DNA of 64,000 nt from assembly GCA_030704615.1 (NCBI GenBank), contig CM060732.1:54002001-54066000 (forward strand). The letters run 5' to 3'. This DNA is from Takakia lepidozioides. Taxonomy: Eukaryota > Plantae > Bryophyta. Shown here piece after piece: positions 62,150 through 64,000 of the stretch. The position numbers and the translations under genes were made by a program. Each line of letters begins with the position of its first letter. Position 1 is the first letter of the stretch. Under the pieces are notes generated by a model. The model made no database searches and was not told the DNA's origin. It saw only the letters and a list, made by a program, of their open reading frames with translations.

Positions 62150-64000
62150 GATTTACCAAGCATGGGTGTGGTAGGAATACTTTGGGGTGAAGCCCAACCA
62201 CATCACATTTGTTTGTGTTTGCAATGCATGTGCAAGCCTAGGAGCTCTGGAAAAGGGGAAAGAGGTCCCTGCTGACATCGTCAAATCTGGAATTGTACCA
62301 GATGTCATTCTGAACACTGCCCTAGTGGAAATGTATGTCAAATGTGTGTGCATCGAGGATCCTAAGGGAGTGCTCAAAAGTATGGCTGAACGAGATGTGG
62401 TGTCATGGAGTGCGATGATTGCAAGCTATGCACAGCAAGGGTGCGGGATGGAGGCTTTGGAGACCTATGAGCAAGTGATGTGCGAAGGGGTGAAGCCCAA
62501 CCCCATAACGTTTGTTTTTGTTTGCAATGCGTGTGCAAGCCTGGGAGCTCTGGAAAAGGGGAAAGAGGTCCATGGTGACATCGTCAAAGCTGGAATTGTA
62601 CCAGATGTCATCCTGAACACTGCCCTGGTCGACATGTATGCACGGGATGGAGGTTTTGGAGACCTATGAGCAAACAATGTGCGAAGGGAGGAGGGGATTC
62701 CACGCCTATTGCCCTTGCATTCAGATGCTGCCCTCCTCAAGCCTGGCACCCTGGTAAAGGGCAAGAGGTGCATGGTTGCATCACCAAATCTGCGAAGGGA
62801 GGGTTCGACATATGGCCGAACGTGATGTGGTGTCGTGGAACACGATGCTTGCAGGGTATGCACAGCAGGGGCCCGGGAGGAGGCTTTGGATACCTATGAG
62901 CAAATGATGGGGGAAGGGGTGAAGCCCGACCACATCAGGTTTGTGCGTTTGCAGTGTGTGTGCAAGCCTGACAACCCTGGAAAAGGGCAGAGGGTTTATG
63001 GTTGCATCGCCAAAGCTGGAATTCTACCAGATGTGGTTCTGAACAATACCCTCGTGGACATGTATGCCAAATGTAGGTGCATCGAGGATGTGGAGGGAGT
63101 GTTCGACCAAACGGGTGGCCAAACGAGTGTGGTAGGCTTGGAGTGCCATGATCGCAGGATATGCACAACAGGGGCGCGGGATGGAGGCTATGGAGACCTA
63201 CAAGCAAATGATGTGGGAAGGGGTGAAGCCTGACCACATCACGTTTGTTGGTGTTTGCAACGTGTGTGGAAGCCTCGCAGCCCTGGAGAAGGGCAGAGAG
63301 GTTCATAGTGACATTGTCAAAGCTGGAATTGTACCAGATGTCATTCCGAACAGTGCCCTGGTGGATATGTATGCCAAATGTGGGTGCATTGAAGACGCGA
63401 AGGGAGAGTTCGACAATATGGCTAAACGAAATGTGGTGTCTTGGAGTGCCATGACAGCAGCATGGGTGTGGGTTGGAGGCTATGGAGACCTATGAGCAAA
63501 TGATGCGGGAAAGGGGTGAAGCCAAATCACATCATGTTCTTGTGCATTTGCAATGTGTGTGTGAGCCTGGCAGCCCTGGAAAAGGGCAAAGAGGTCCATG
63601 ATGGTAACATCATCAAAGCTGGTATTGTACCAAATGTCATTTTAAACACAACCCTGGAGGACATGTATGCGAAAATGTGGTGCATCGAGGATGCGAAGGG
63701 AGTGGTCTACAATATGACTGAACGAGATGTGGTGTCCTGGAACGCAATGATTGCTGGATATGCCCAGCATGGTTGTCATATGGAGACCCTGCAACTATTT
63801 GGCTATTTGGAATAATGCAGAGGGAAGGCTTCAAGTTGGACAGTATCACCTATATATGTGTTCTCTCTGCATGCAGCCACACTGGCCTACTGGATGAAGA
63901 AAGACGCTACTAGGATTCCCTGAGTCAAGATCATGGTGTCACTCTGACAGTAAGTGCACTTTGGCTGCATGGTGGACCTTCTTGGACGTGCCGGACAACT
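62150..64000 (+). pseudogene. PLS-PPR pseudogene with expanded, homogenised repeats; tandem paralogue of 59930-61300; runs off the window
   Basis: Repeated KP(N/D)HITFVCVCNACASLGALEKGKEVH.DIVKAGIVPDVILNTALVDMYAKC with many frameshifts. 63860-64000 is nearly identical to 60510-60650. Confidence 0.9.

Overview
Eukaryotic nuclear DNA from a land plant, probably a non-seed plant such as a bryophyte. This is inferred from spliced genes, moss-type PLS-PPR-DYW repeats and the transposon types. 1-8.4 kb is an AT-rich repeat block: a hAT-type MITE with an 8-bp TSD, two mutually inverted arrays of palindromic ~75-bp units, and a scrambled non-LTR reverse transcriptase. 9-44 kb is gene-rich: an organellar ssDNA-binding (OSB-type SSB+PDF) gene, an intact PLS-PPR-E-DYW exon, a Gypsy-like integrase remnant, a UCH37-type deubiquitinase, a plastid RPS17 fragment, pirin, a PPR pseudogene, a GPS/PPPS-type prenyl diphosphate synthase, VPS35 and a small Cys/His protein. 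46-59 kb is a ~13-kb Mutator-like composite element. It carries a decayed At1g60560-family DDE/SWIM transposase, a separate SWIM ORF, an intron-containing N4/N6-type DNA methyltransferase fragment and two tandem arrays. 59.9-64 kb holds tandem PPR-DYW pseudogenes. The top candidate for a novel system is a predicted in-frame splice joining the OSB exons to the PPR-DYW exon, giving a ~1001-aa SSB-PDF-PPR-E-DYW protein (ssDNA binding plus cytidine deaminase). The second candidate is the transposon-borne amino-methyltransferase. All calls come from reading the sequence by eye; no database search was run.
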